Assembly: GCA_026991535.1 (NCBI GenBank)
Contig: JALXBH010000189.1
Coordinates: forward strand, 1-51,213
Origin: Calditrichia bacterium
Lineage (GTDB): Bacteria; Calditrichota; Calditrichia; Calditrichales; J004
Reading direction: 5' to 3'
Length of the DNA stretch: 51,213 nucleotides
A program made the position numbers and the translations under genes. Of this stretch, positions 18,815 to 28,711 are shown in pieces. Under the pieces are notes generated by a model. It saw only the letters and a program-made list of their open reading frames with translations, was not told where the DNA came from and made no database searches. The stretch's first letter is position 1. Each line of letters starts with the position of its first letter.

Positions 18815-20065
18815 CTATTTTATCAGGCTCTCAAGGGTAGAGTAAAAATCCGGGAAGGAAACCGAGGCGCAGGAGGGATCATCTATTTGAAGGGCTTCAT
18901 CCGTGTGCAAACCTGCTATGGTAAAGGCCATGGCGATGCGGTGATCTCCATAGGTGCTGACCCGGGCGCCGCTAAGCTTATGTGGACCGCAAAAGGCGAA
19001 GCCATCATCAAATTCTTCCACCTGTAATCCGCAACGACGAAAATTTTCAACCATCACTTTAATTCTATCCGACTCCTTTACCCGTAGCTCCCGCGCGTTT
19101 TTTATGCGGAAACGACCCACGGCCCGCGCGCCGGCAATCGCCAGTATGGGAATCTCATCGATCAGGTTGGGAATCACATCATCGGGGATTTCAACATTTT
19201 GCAGTTCCGAGCTTTGTACGCGGATATGTCCCATGGGTTCGGGGGCTTCCCGGACGGTTTCGATTTCTATCTGACCGCCCATATTTTGCAAAATATTTAA
19301 AAACGCCGTGCGGGTGGGATTCAGGGATACGTTCTTTATCAGCAACTCGGAGCCCGGTATGATCAGCGCGGCTGTTATAAAAAAGGCTGCTGATGAGATA
19401 TCACCGGGAATGGTCATGGAAATATCGGGGACTTCAAAATCCCCGCTTACGCTGATAATGCGCTGCCCTTCCTCCTCGCGGAGCGGCAGGCCCAACATCC
19501 GTTCCGTATGATCGCGGGAGGCTTTGTTTTCCACCACTTCCGTTGTACCCTCAGCAAAAAGTCCGGCTAAAAGAACAGCGGATTTAATCTGCGCGCTGGC
19601 CACGGGAAGAACATAGCGTATACCCTTCAGTCCCGTTGTAGGAAAGAACCTGAGAGGCAGGCGGCCCCGGGCGGATTCGATCCTGGCGCCCATCAGACTC
19701 AGCGGAGTAATAATTCTTTCCATGGGCCTTTGAGAGAGCGACACATCACCCGTTAAAACCGTTTCGAATGACGTATTAGCCAACAGCCCGGATAGGAGAC
19801 GCGTGGTGGTACCGGAGTTACCTGCATAAAGCGCTTCCGACGGCTGGCGCCAGTCTTGCGGCTTTTTGCCTTTAATCCGCAAACGTCCGTTGTCATATTC
19901 ATGTTGTATACCCAGGGCGCGCAGGCAGCTTAGCGTGGAGGCGCAGTCCTCGTTGCCGCTAAAATGGCTGAAATGGGACTCTCCCTCGCGAATGGCCGAA
20001 AAAAGTGCCGCCCGGTGTGAAATGGATTTATCCCCCGGAAGGGTGATTTCTCCCTGTAGTTTCAT
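18815..20065 (-). CDS. aroA: 3-phosphoshikimate 1-carboxyvinyltransferase
   Basis: PGDKSISHRA, GNSGTT, SAQIKS, RDHTE, ELRVKESDR, DHRIAM. Confidence 0.98.
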   Translation of the reverse strand: MKLQGEITLPGDKSISHRAALFSAIREGESHFSHFSGNEDCASTLSCLRALGIQHEYDNGRLRIKGKKPQDWRQPSEALYAGNSGTTTRLLSGLLANTSFETVLTGDVSLSQRPMERIITPLSLMGARIESARGRLPLRFFPTTGLKGIRYVLPVASAQIKSAVLLAGLFAEGTTEVVENKASRDHTERMLGLPLREEEGQRIISVSGDFEVPDISMTIPGDISSAAFFITAALIIPGSELLIKNVSLNPTRTAFLNILQNMGGQIEIETVREAPEPMGHIRVQSSELQNVEIPDDVIPNLIDEIPILAIAGARAVGRFRIKNARELRVKESDRIKVMVENFRRCGLQVEEFDDGFAFCGPHKLSGARVSTYGDHRIAMAFTIAGLHTDEALQIDDPSCASVSFPDFYSTLESLIK

Positions 20066-20238
20066 TCGTTCTCCTCTATTTCCTGATGTAACTTAAAAAA
20101 AACGGGGTTAAGATTAAACACAATGAACAACGGTTTTCGCTAAAGTTAACGGATTGTAATGAAATTGGCGCAGGATTGTTCTTTTTAGAAAATAGAGATT
20201 TAAAACAGGGCGACACCATTCCCGCGGCGCAAAAGGGG

Positions 20239-20829
20239 TTATAACTTTATGCCCAGAGCCAATGATTTTTGATATTCGGCGATGGTTGAAAAGCCCATGC
20301 GCCGGTAAAAGGCAATGGCGCCGGAGTTGCTCAGACCGACTTCTAGATGCAGGGCCGGTATATTTTTCTTTCGCAGGGCGGTCATAAAGGCTTCCATGAG
20401 TTTGCGCCCCATGCCCCTACCCTGACCTTCCGGTAATATATCTATGTGAAGATGCGCTGGATAGTCTCGCAGCTCTTCCCTTAAAACATAGCCCCGGAGA
20501 ATCAATTCCCGTAAATAACGGTCCTTTGGCGTAAAGTCTTCGCTTTCCCGGGCATAGCGTTGACGCAACAGGGGAAACCAGTATTGTTCCGTCCATTGCC
20601 TATATTTCCGGCTGTCCGAAGTACCTAAAATATAGCCCAGGGGCCGGGTATGATTATCGAGAATGAAGCACAGTTCCGGTTCAAAAGCCACATAGGGCGC
20701 GGCAAAAAAATGGCCAAGAATTTCTTTGTCGGTGTACAGCTCCCGGGCGTCTTTTCCGCTGTTTCCGGTACGCAGGCATATATCATACAGGGCGCCAAGA
20801 TCGCTCAGTTGAAAGGGACGGATGGTCAT
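20239..20829 (-). CDS. GNAT family N-acetyltransferase
   Basis: YPAHLHIDILPEGQGRGMG acetyl-CoA motif A; NSGAIAFY. Confidence 0.92.
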   Translation of the reverse strand: MTIRPFQLSDLGALYDICLRTGNSGKDARELYTDKEILGHFFAAPYVAFEPELCFILDNHTRPLGYILGTSDSRKYRQWTEQYWFPLLRQRYARESEDFTPKDRYLRELILRGYVLREELRDYPAHLHIDILPEGQGRGMGRKLMEAFMTALRKKNIPALHLEVGLSNSGAIAFYRRMGFSTIAEYQKSLALGIKL

Positions 20830-20833
20830 GGCC

Positions 20834-21394
20834 TTATGTCGTCTGAGGGCCGGAAACAGTCTTATCCCGACTGTTTTCGCTTTTATTCCGGCTGTTCTTT
20901 TGTCTTCTCATGCCATCAATTAGCAAGGCCAATCCAAAAAGGATCAGCAGGCCGGGCCAATACAGCTCAACGATATCCGCCACGCTCCACCAGTCGATAT
21001 ATTGGTAATATCTAAGCATCAGCACGCTACCGGCGCCGCTATAAATCATACCGAAAACAATGCTGGAGGTATGCAGGCGGGTAAATGCAAAGTAGACCAG
21101 GTTGGCCAACCCCAGGGAAAGCAATATCATGCCAAAACCAGTTTGATTGCTAATAGGCAATATGCCGTTATCCATTAAAAACAGGCCGATGGCCGTTCCC
21201 GCAAAAAAGACGCCTCCCAACAAGCCTTTATACTGTTCGGATAGAAATGCGCGCCTGAGCATAAAAATACCCAGCGCCGCCGATCCGGTCATGACCCATT
21301 GGGCCCGCGTAAGGTGCAGCATGTTGAATTGATTGAGTAAAAGGAATACGCCTATCGTAATCAGGGCTATGGGTAAAAAACGTGATTGTTTCAT
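20834..21394 (-). CDS. LiaF/LiaI-like (DUF5668-type) membrane protein
   Basis: LITIGVFLLLNQF...YWPGLLILFG; the start overlaps the pspC stop (ATGA), so 21394 is preferred over the track start. Confidence 0.7.
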   Translation of the reverse strand: MKQSRFLPIALITIGVFLLLNQFNMLHLTRAQWVMTGSAALGIFMLRRAFLSEQYKGLLGGVFFAGTAIGLFLMDNGILPISNQTGFGMILLSLGLANLVYFAFTRLHTSSIVFGMIYSGAGSVLMLRYYQYIDWWSVADIVELYWPGLLILFGLALLIDGMRRQKNSRNKSENSRDKTVSGPQTT

Positions 21395-22059
21395 GACTGC
21401 TTCTCCCCGGCTTGTAGACTCCTGACGCTGGAAACCGTGGGAAAGATAATCACGGCCAGAATATAGGCCAGTATCCCGCCCAGACCGGCGGTGGACAAGG
21501 TGATAAATACCCATAGCAAACGGGCCAGGGTAACGTCTATATCAAAATAGGCGGCTATACCCGTACATACGCCGGCCAGCATTTTACCCTCATCGATACG
21601 GTAGAACTGTTTCCCGGCGCCGTCCCGGGGAGCATAAGTTTCCTGTTTTTTCCCTTCGCTACCGGATTTGTGCCACAGCAGGTAAACACCCAGTCCTATA
21701 AAGAAAACAGCTATCATGGTACGCCAGGGCATGTATAGCAACCAGTGATGCAGTCCGAATTGCCGGAACAAAAAGGCCACGCCTAATATGATCAGTACAA
21801 CGCCCAGCAGATAAGATATATCCCGCGTGGGCCTGGCGGGAGCGGAAACACCGTGGCTTTCGCCAACGGGTTCCTGGGGGACAATAATCAGGGCCACGAT
21901 ATAGGCAATGATTCCAGCGCCACCGATAAAAGTAAAAAAAAGCCAGGCCAGGCGTACCAGCGTTGCATCCAGATTAAAGTATTCCGCAATGCCGCCACAT
22001 ACGCCTCCCAGAAAGCGATCTTCCGATGAGCGGTAGAGTTTTTTTGTAGCTTTGTCCAT
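21391..22059 (-). CDS. pspC: PspC-domain protein (two PspC domains flanking a LiaF-like TM segment)
   Basis: KLYRS..DRFLGGVCGGIAEYF..D..LVRL and FYR..EGKMLAGVCTGIAAYF.ID..LARL. Confidence 0.88.
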   Translation of the reverse strand: MDKATKKLYRSSEDRFLGGVCGGIAEYFNLDATLVRLAWLFFTFIGGAGIIAYIVALIIVPQEPVGESHGVSAPARPTRDISYLLGVVLIILGVAFLFRQFGLHHWLLYMPWRTMIAVFFIGLGVYLLWHKSGSEGKKQETYAPRDGAGKQFYRIDEGKMLAGVCTGIAAYFDIDVTLARLLWVFITLSTAGLGGILAYILAVIIFPTVSSVRSLQAGEKQS

Positions 22060-22112
22060 AGTACCTCCCCAGTATGGTTTAGAGTTATGGACGCAAATTC
22101 CTCAAAACTGTT

Positions 22113-22589
22113 TCAAACAGATAGAGATATGTCCAGAATTTCATACTTTATAATACCCGCCGGTACCTTGATTTCGGCAATATCCCCCACCTTTTTACCT
22201 AAAAGACCCTTGCCCACGGGCGAGGCGATGGATATTTTACCGGACTTGATATCAGCTTCTTCCACGGAGACCAGAGTGTAATTGAATTCTTTTTTTCGTT
22301 TAAGGTCTTTCACCTTTACGGTTGTTAAAATGCTGGCCTGGTCGGTGGTTACTTCACTTTCATTAATAACCCGGGCGCGGGCCACGCGGTCCTGCAATTG
22401 CTGTATTTTTGTTTCGCACAGGGATAGTTCCTCGCGCGCGGCATGGTACTCCGCGTTCTCCTTCAAATCGCCATGGTCGCGGGCCGTAGCCACTTTTTGG
22501 GAAATCTCGGGACGGGTACGGTATTTTAATTCATGCAATTCTTCTTTTAATTTATCAAAGCCCTCTTGGGTAAGATATACAAAATCCAT
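22113..22589 (-). CDS. greA: Transcription elongation factor GreA
   Basis: ARDHGDLKENAEYHAA, ISIASPVGKGLLGK. Confidence 0.98.
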   Translation of the reverse strand: MDFVYLTQEGFDKLKEELHELKYRTRPEISQKVATARDHGDLKENAEYHAAREELSLCETKIQQLQDRVARARVINESEVTTDQASILTTVKVKDLKRKKEFNYTLVSVEEADIKSGKISIASPVGKGLLGKKVGDIAEIKVPAGIIKYEILDISLSV

Positions 22590-22607
22590 AATGGTTCCCT
22601 TTCGCTT

Positions 22608-24803
22608 TTAATTCCCTTCATTCACGCGTTCAACAGAAAACACGCCGGGAAGTTTCTTTATACTTGATATAATTTTTGTCAGATGGTTGAGGTCTTTAAC
22701 CCCTACGTTTAAATTGCCGCGCGCGTACAGGTCTTCCACGGAAAAGCTGGCGCTGACAATATTGATGTTCTGCCGTGATACGCAATCGGTGATATCACGT
22801 AGCAGGTTTTTCCGGTCTTCGCCCACAACGGTTAAATGTACAACAAACTCCTGTTTTTTATCCGTGGCCCATTCCACATCGATGATGCGCTGCTTTTCTT
22901 CCAGTAAGTAGATCAGGTTTTTACAATCGCTGCGATGAATGGTTACCCCCTTACCCCGAGAGAGGTAGCCGATTATCTTATCTCCGGGCACGGGGTGGCA
23001 GCAATTGGCGAAATTGATCAGCATATTATCCAGACCCTGTACCCTTATACCGGATGTATCGCGCGAGCGCTTTAAATATTTTTTAAAAAAGCTTTCCGCC
23101 TTGGGCGGCGGCGTTACAAATTGATCGGGGAAAATCTTTTTAACCAAAATTTCCGTAACAATTTCGCCGCGCCCAATGGCAATGATCAGGGATTCCAGGT
23201 TGCTGAACCCCAGCTTGGGGATTACCTCGATAAATTGCGGACTTTTTTCAGTCAACTGGTATTTTTTCAAAAAGCGGGTTAAAATTTCCTGTCCTATTTC
23301 CCTCGTCTGCTCCAGATGCTGTTCGCGGATATATTTTTTTATCCAGTGCCGGGCCTTGCTGGTCTTTACAAAGTTAAGCCAGTCCTGAGTCGGCCTTTGG
23401 TTTTGCGAGGTAATAATCTCCACCTGATCGCCGCTTTTTAGTGTAGTGCGCAGGGGAACAATCTTTCCGTTGACCTTGGCCCCTATGCAATGATTACCCA
23501 CCTTGGTGTGTACCGCATAGGCAAAGTCGATGGGACTGGAGTTGGCCGGCAGCTTATAGAGGTCGCCCTTGGGTGAAAAAAGAAACACTTCATCCTGAAA
23601 AAGATCGATTTTCAGGTCTTCCATAAACTCCCCGGCATCCTCACTCACCTGCCGCTCCAGCAGGTCCTTAACCCAATTCAGCGACTGTTCGATCTGGGGG
23701 TCTTCATCGGAGCCGCCATGTTTATACTTCCAGTGGGCGGCGATGCCGTCCTCGGCCAGCATGTGCATGGTTTTTGTGCGGATCTGAATCTCTACCATCT
23801 TGCCGTCCGGGCCCACCACCGTGGTGTGCAGGCTTTGGTAGCCGTTTATCTTGGGCATGGCGATATAATCTTTAAAACGGTCATAGACGGGATTATAAAG
23901 GCTGTGAATGATGCCCAGGGCGTAATAACACTCTTCCACTTTATCCAAAATGATGCGAATGGCCAGCAGATCGTAAATTTCCTCAAAGGGCCGGTTGCGC
24001 TTTTTCATTTTATTATAGATGCTGGCAAAGCTTTTGGGGCGGCCCGATATCTGGGGATGCATATTGTTTTTTTCCATCTCCTCGATGATCGGCCGGGAGA
24101 CGTTGCTTATATATTTTTCTCGCTGCTTACGGGTCAGTTTTATTTTGGAGGCGATGGACTCGTAGACCTCGGGCTCCAGATGTTTCAGCGAAAGGTCTTC
24201 CATCTCCCATTTAATGCTGGCGATACCAAAACGATGGGCCAGCGGCGCATATACATCGCGCGTTTCCCGGGCAATGCGCGGTCTTTTGCGTTCGGGGACA
24301 TGATCCAATGTACGGATGTTGTGCAACCGGTCGGCAAACTTGATAATGATCACCCTTACATCGCGGGCCATGGAAAGCAGCATCTTTCTAAAGGTTTCGG
24401 CCTGACGCAGTTCCTTGCTTTCGAACTTCAATTCACTGATCTTGGTAACGCCGTCCACCAGCAGGGCCACATCGGGGCCGAATTCATTGCGGATATCCTC
24501 AAGCTCAAACGGGGTATCCTCCACCACGTCATGCAACAGGCCGGCAACGATGGTGGTTTGATCCATGTGTAAGTCTGCCAGAATACGGGCCACGTTTAAA
24601 CAGTGTTCAAAATAAGGCTCGCCCGAATAGCGTTTTTGATGAAGATGGGCCTTCAGGCCGAAGTTATAGGCCGACTGTACCACGTCATCCTCAAATTCGG
24701 GCAGATAGTTTTGCATATCCCGCAGTATCCCTTTCATCATGGGGTCCAGGCGGTTGTGCAATCGTTTCAACAATGTAGCCTCTGTTTTTTGGACTACGTT
24801 CAT
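22608..24803 (-). CDS. relA: Bifunctional (p)ppGpp synthase/hydrolase (long RSH)
   Basis: Intact hydrolase LLHDVVED, synthetase RFKDY/NGYQSLHT/EIQIRT, plus TGS and ACT domains. Confidence 0.96.
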   Translation of the reverse strand: MNVVQKTEATLLKRLHNRLDPMMKGILRDMQNYLPEFEDDVVQSAYNFGLKAHLHQKRYSGEPYFEHCLNVARILADLHMDQTTIVAGLLHDVVEDTPFELEDIRNEFGPDVALLVDGVTKISELKFESKELRQAETFRKMLLSMARDVRVIIIKFADRLHNIRTLDHVPERKRPRIARETRDVYAPLAHRFGIASIKWEMEDLSLKHLEPEVYESIASKIKLTRKQREKYISNVSRPIIEEMEKNNMHPQISGRPKSFASIYNKMKKRNRPFEEIYDLLAIRIILDKVEECYYALGIIHSLYNPVYDRFKDYIAMPKINGYQSLHTTVVGPDGKMVEIQIRTKTMHMLAEDGIAAHWKYKHGGSDEDPQIEQSLNWVKDLLERQVSEDAGEFMEDLKIDLFQDEVFLFSPKGDLYKLPANSSPIDFAYAVHTKVGNHCIGAKVNGKIVPLRTTLKSGDQVEIITSQNQRPTQDWLNFVKTSKARHWIKKYIREQHLEQTREIGQEILTRFLKKYQLTEKSPQFIEVIPKLGFSNLESLIIAIGRGEIVTEILVKKIFPDQFVTPPPKAESFFKKYLKRSRDTSGIRVQGLDNMLINFANCCHPVPGDKIIGYLSRGKGVTIHRSDCKNLIYLLEEKQRIIDVEWATDKKQEFVVHLTVVGEDRKNLLRDITDCVSRQNINIVSASFSVEDLYARGNLNVGVKDLNHLTKIISSIKKLPGVFSVERVNEGN

Positions 24804-24806
24804 GGT

Positions 24807-26201
24807 TTAAAACTCCGATGTGGGGAAAGCAGCCGTATCATGGAAAAGATCGGGTTCCCCAAATTTACCAAATTCCTTAAGAAAGGTGAGCTTAACCGTC
24901 CCCACGGGACCGTTACGCTGCTTGCCAATGATCACCTCGCACATATTATGGGTGGAGGTGCCGTCTTCAAATTCCTCAATTTTATAGTATTCGGGCCGGT
25001 AAACGAACATAACCACATCGGCATCCTGCTCGATAGCGCCCGATTCACGTAAATCCGAAAGCTGGGGCCGTTTAAATTTATCCCGGTTTTCCGTTTGCCG
25101 GGAGAGCTGCGACAACGCGATCACAGGGATATCGAGCTCTTTGGCGATCCCTTTAATGGAACGTGAAATATGCGTTATCTCCTGCTGGCGATTCTCCCCT
25201 TTTGTGCCTTCCATTAATTGCAGGTAGTCGATCATCAGCATCTGCACATGCGCCTCGGCCTTTAAACGCCGCGCCTTGGCCCGCAGTTCTAACACATTAA
25301 GCGAGGGGGAATCGTCAATATAAATGGGGGCGTTCATTAGTTTACCCACATGACTGGTCAAACGTTCCATTTCGTGCTTGGCCAGTTTACCGGTGCGCAC
25401 GGCCATTTGATTTACCTTGGCCTCCGTGCACAATAAACGCATAACCAGGGATTCGGCGGACATCTCCAGACTGAAAAAACCGATGGGCATGCCGTGGTCA
25501 ACGGCCGCGTTACGGGCCAGGTTCAGGGCCAGGGCCGTTTTTCCCATACTGGGGCGTCCGGCCAAAACGATAAAATCCGCGGGTTGAAATCCGGCGGTCA
25601 TCTCGTCCATCTTTTTATAGCCGGAAGCCACGCCGGTAATCCCCGAGGTATTGGAGTGGAACAGGGTGTCTATTTTTTCAAAGGTGGTATGAAGAATATC
25701 CTGGATGCCGGTAAAACCCTTTTGCATGCGTTTTTCCGAAATCTCAAAAATTTTAGACTCGGCCATATCCAGCATGTCATTGATGTTTTCACTTTGGGCA
25801 AAGGCCATGTCCAGGATATTGGTACACTCCTTGATCAGATAACGACTAAGCGCTTTTTGTTTAATGATTTCCAGATAGCTTTTGATGCCCGCCGCCGAGG
25901 GGGTGCTGTTGGCGATCTCCGAAAGGTAGTAGGCTCCGCCCACCGCGTCCAGTTCATTCTTTTGCCTCAGGGCCTCGGTCAGGGTGACCAGGTCGATGTT
26001 CTGGCGCTGATCAAACATCTCCATTATCTGTTTAAAAATAATTTTATGCGCCTCCTTGTAAAAAAAACTGGCGTCGATGTTTTCCATGGCGATCGATACC
26101 GCCTCCTCATCCAGCAAAATGGCGCCCAGAACCATTTGTTCCACGTCCACGGCCTGTGGCAGGGTACGTACAATGTCTGCTTCGTTACGCGTATTTTCCA
26201 T
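24807..26201 (-). CDS. dnaB: Replicative DNA helicase (no intein)
   Basis: GRPSMGKT, FSLEM, IDYLQL, LSQLSR, DLRESGAIEQDAD, KQRNGP. Confidence 0.99.
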   Translation of the reverse strand: MENTRNEADIVRTLPQAVDVEQMVLGAILLDEEAVSIAMENIDASFFYKEAHKIIFKQIMEMFDQRQNIDLVTLTEALRQKNELDAVGGAYYLSEIANSTPSAAGIKSYLEIIKQKALSRYLIKECTNILDMAFAQSENINDMLDMAESKIFEISEKRMQKGFTGIQDILHTTFEKIDTLFHSNTSGITGVASGYKKMDEMTAGFQPADFIVLAGRPSMGKTALALNLARNAAVDHGMPIGFFSLEMSAESLVMRLLCTEAKVNQMAVRTGKLAKHEMERLTSHVGKLMNAPIYIDDSPSLNVLELRAKARRLKAEAHVQMLMIDYLQLMEGTKGENRQQEITHISRSIKGIAKELDIPVIALSQLSRQTENRDKFKRPQLSDLRESGAIEQDADVVMFVYRPEYYKIEEFEDGTSTHNMCEVIIGKQRNGPVGTVKLTFLKEFGKFGEPDLFHDTAAFPTSEF

Positions 26202-26271
26202 TGTTATACTTCCGTTGGGATAAAAACAGCAAACGGGGCTGATGCCACAGTCCCGTTTATGTTACAAAATT

Positions 26272-26300
26272 GTTATAAGTGTGTTTGGGAGAATAAGCAA
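26272..26300 (-). promoter_or_regulatory. Candidate sigma70 promoter for dnaB
   Basis: TTGCTT-17 nt-TATAAC on the minus strand, about 70 nt upstream of the dnaB ATG. Confidence 0.5.
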
Positions 26301-26372
26301 ATTTAGGCCATGATTCAAGCACAAAGCGCGAGATTCTCACCGGAAAAAACGCGGGAGATTTTTACCGACCGT

Positions 26373-27128
26373 CTAAACGTCATCCATGATGGATTTTATT
26401 TTCTTTAAATCCTGCCAGGCGGCCGCCTTCCATCCGGAATTGCGCAAAAGCGCGGCGGGGTGATAGGTAACGATACAGGGGATGCCGTTATAGCGATGGG
26501 TGCTCTCCCGCAGTTGCTTAAGCGATGCCTCGGAGCGCAGCAGCACCTGTCCCGCTATCCGTCCCAAAGCCACCATCACGCGTGGCCGGATGATCTCGAT
26601 CTGCTGCTTCAGGTACGGTTCGCATTGCAGCACTTCGTCGGGCAGCGGATCGCGGTTACCGGGCGGACGGCACTTTAATACATTGGCGATATAGATATCT
26701 TCCCGCTTCATGGAGAGGGCAAACAGCATTTTGTTTAGGAGTTTGCCCGCGCGCCCCACAAAGGGGAAGCCCTGTTCATCCTCATCGCGTCCGGGCGCCT
26801 CGCCCACAAACATGATGTCTGCATCCGGGTTACCCATGCCAAACACAAAATGCTTTCTGCTTTTGGCCAGATCGCATTGTTTGCAGTCGCGAATCTGCTC
26901 ATAAAAAGCTTTGAGCTTCGGATGATGGCCATGTATTTTGGCCGTGTCCGCGGATGGAACATCCGTTTCGACCGCCGGGGGAACAGCCCGCGGAACCGCC
27001 GGGGCGGGCTCCTCTTCTTCAATAGACAGGTTAAGGGAAAAATCCTCTGACAGGGCAATCTCATCGCCATAATTCAACCTGTACCATTGCAACAGATGCT
27101 TTATATCGTTGAGTAAATCCTCATTCAT
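26373..27128 (-). CDS. Uracil-DNA glycosylase family 4 (Fe-S)
   Basis: CKQC, VGEAPG..ED..G.PFVGRAG, KCRPPGNRDP, TYHPAALLR. Confidence 0.95.
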   Translation of the reverse strand: MNEDLLNDIKHLLQWYRLNYGDEIALSEDFSLNLSIEEEEPAPAVPRAVPPAVETDVPSADTAKIHGHHPKLKAFYEQIRDCKQCDLAKSRKHFVFGMGNPDADIMFVGEAPGRDEDEQGFPFVGRAGKLLNKMLFALSMKREDIYIANVLKCRPPGNRDPLPDEVLQCEPYLKQQIEIIRPRVMVALGRIAGQVLLRSEASLKQLRESTHRYNGIPCIVTYHPAALLRNSGWKAAAWQDLKKIKSIMDDV

Positions 27129-28138
27129 AGCTTCGCGGCCTCTTGTAATATTATGCCTGCCGTCTTCAGTTTGGAAAGCTTGCCCAATTTCCGCTCGCCC
27201 TCCCGGGAAATGAGCGTTACCCGGTTTGTGTCTCCGGCAAATCCCGCGCCTTCGCTCAACGGATTATTGGCGACAATCATATCCAGGTTTTTCCTGTACA
27301 GCTTTTGGCGGGAATTCCGCGTAAGTTCTGTGGTTTCCACGGAAAATCCGATCAAGGTTTGGTTTGCTTTTTTCTGTTCTCCGGCATACTTCAGGATGTC
27401 CGTTGTACGGCGCATTTCCAAAAACATTTTCCCCTCGGTCTTTTTTATTTTATGCTGCCGGACGTTTTCCGGGGTAAAGTCGGCCACGGCGGCGGCGGCG
27501 ATAAACATGTCACAGTTAGGAAATTGCTCCCGCACGGCGGAAAACATCCCCGCGGCGCTCCGCACCCGGATGAGGTTCAGATAAGTGGGGAAAAACAGCG
27601 ATGTTGGTCCGGCAACCAGGGTGACGTCCGCGCCCATCACGTAGGCCGCCCGGGCCAGTGCCAAGCCCATTTTTCCCGTGGAGCGGTTACTGAAAAAACG
27701 GACAGGGTCCAGGTCTTCCACGGTAGGGCCGGCATTAATCAACACCTTTTTGCCTGTCAACGGCCCTTCCTTTGCGGACATGCGGAGTATCCTGTCGCGC
27801 ACCTCATCGGCTGTGGGCACAATTTGGCCGGGCAGAAGGGGGGCAATGTCCTTTCGGGATTCCGGGCAGGGCTCCTGAATATCCACGGGGACGATAAGAG
27901 TGTTTTTGGAAACGGAACGGGGCCATTCATCAACAAACCACATCTGGACCTGCTCCTCCGGCGGGTATTTTCCGGGGCCGGTTCCCTTAAACAGCCGCCA
28001 AAAATCCTCATGGGTCTTAAAGCCTGATTCTTCAACCAGCAGTGCGAACCCCTGCCGGGACAGCTCCCGCAGCAGCGGAGCGGCATGATAAATACGCGGC
28101 CCGCACAGGTTTTTACAGTAAACGGTTTCAGGCTTCAT
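27125..28138 (-). CDS. coaB: Phosphopantothenate--cysteine ligase (CoaB) with a degenerate N-terminal CoaC-like region
   Basis: AGPT.EDLDPVRFFSNRSTGKMG, AAAVADF, GFSVET, KNLDMIVAN; the N-terminal ~125 aa lack flavoprotein motifs. Confidence 0.88.
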   Translation of the reverse strand: MKPETVYCKNLCGPRIYHAAPLLRELSRQGFALLVEESGFKTHEDFWRLFKGTGPGKYPPEEQVQMWFVDEWPRSVSKNTLIVPVDIQEPCPESRKDIAPLLPGQIVPTADEVRDRILRMSAKEGPLTGKKVLINAGPTVEDLDPVRFFSNRSTGKMGLALARAAYVMGADVTLVAGPTSLFFPTYLNLIRVRSAAGMFSAVREQFPNCDMFIAAAAVADFTPENVRQHKIKKTEGKMFLEMRRTTDILKYAGEQKKANQTLIGFSVETTELTRNSRQKLYRKNLDMIVANNPLSEGAGFAGDTNRVTLISREGERKLGKLSKLKTAGIILQEAAKL

Positions 28139-28703
28139 TTTTCAGGATAATGTTTTCCACAACGGCCAGGGTATCATCGATATGGTCATTGACCACAACA
28201 TGGTCAAAGCGATCCATAAACGAATATTCGAACTCAATGCGTTCAAGGCGCTTTTTTATGGTGGCCTCGCTTTCGCTCTTTCGCCCTTTCAGGCGTTCTA
28301 TTAAAACTTCGGTACTGGGAGGTTTTATAAAAATAAGCAGACTGTCATCAAATACCTTTTTTATGGCCAGGGCGCCTTTCACGTCAATATCAAAAACAAC
28401 CGTAAAACCTTTCTTTCGTAAATCCGCTACTGATTTTGCCAGGGTGCCGTAATAGTTGCCATGCACCTGTTCATATTCAAGAAAGGCGCCGTCGTCTATC
28501 CCTTGTTCAAAAGCAGCCTTATCCATAAAAATATAATCTGTCCCGTTTTTTTCGCCGGGACGCATGGGGCGGGTGGTTGCCGAAATGGAAACGGCCAGAT
28601 TGGGATATTTTTCCAACAGCTTTTTTACGATGGTCGTTTTTCCCGCTCCGCTCGGCGCCGAGAAGATGATATAGGGCGCCTTGAATTCAACATGCTTGTC
28701 CAT
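28128..28703 (-). CDS. gmk: Guanylate kinase
   Basis: SAPSGAGKTT, SATTR.MRPGE..G.DY.F, NYYGT. Confidence 0.98.
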   Translation of the reverse strand: MDKHVEFKAPYIIFSAPSGAGKTTIVKKLLEKYPNLAVSISATTRPMRPGEKNGTDYIFMDKAAFEQGIDDGAFLEYEQVHGNYYGTLAKSVADLRKKGFTVVFDIDVKGALAIKKVFDDSLLIFIKPPSTEVLIERLKGRKSESEATIKKRLERIEFEYSFMDRFDHVVVNDHIDDTLAVVENIILKNEA

Positions 28704-28711
28704 ATTTATCC

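Noticed and set aside
23718-26306. Long plus-strand ORFs (284, 149 and 270 aa) opposite rel and dnaB
   Set aside because: Antisense shadows of conserved genes with no independent motifs.
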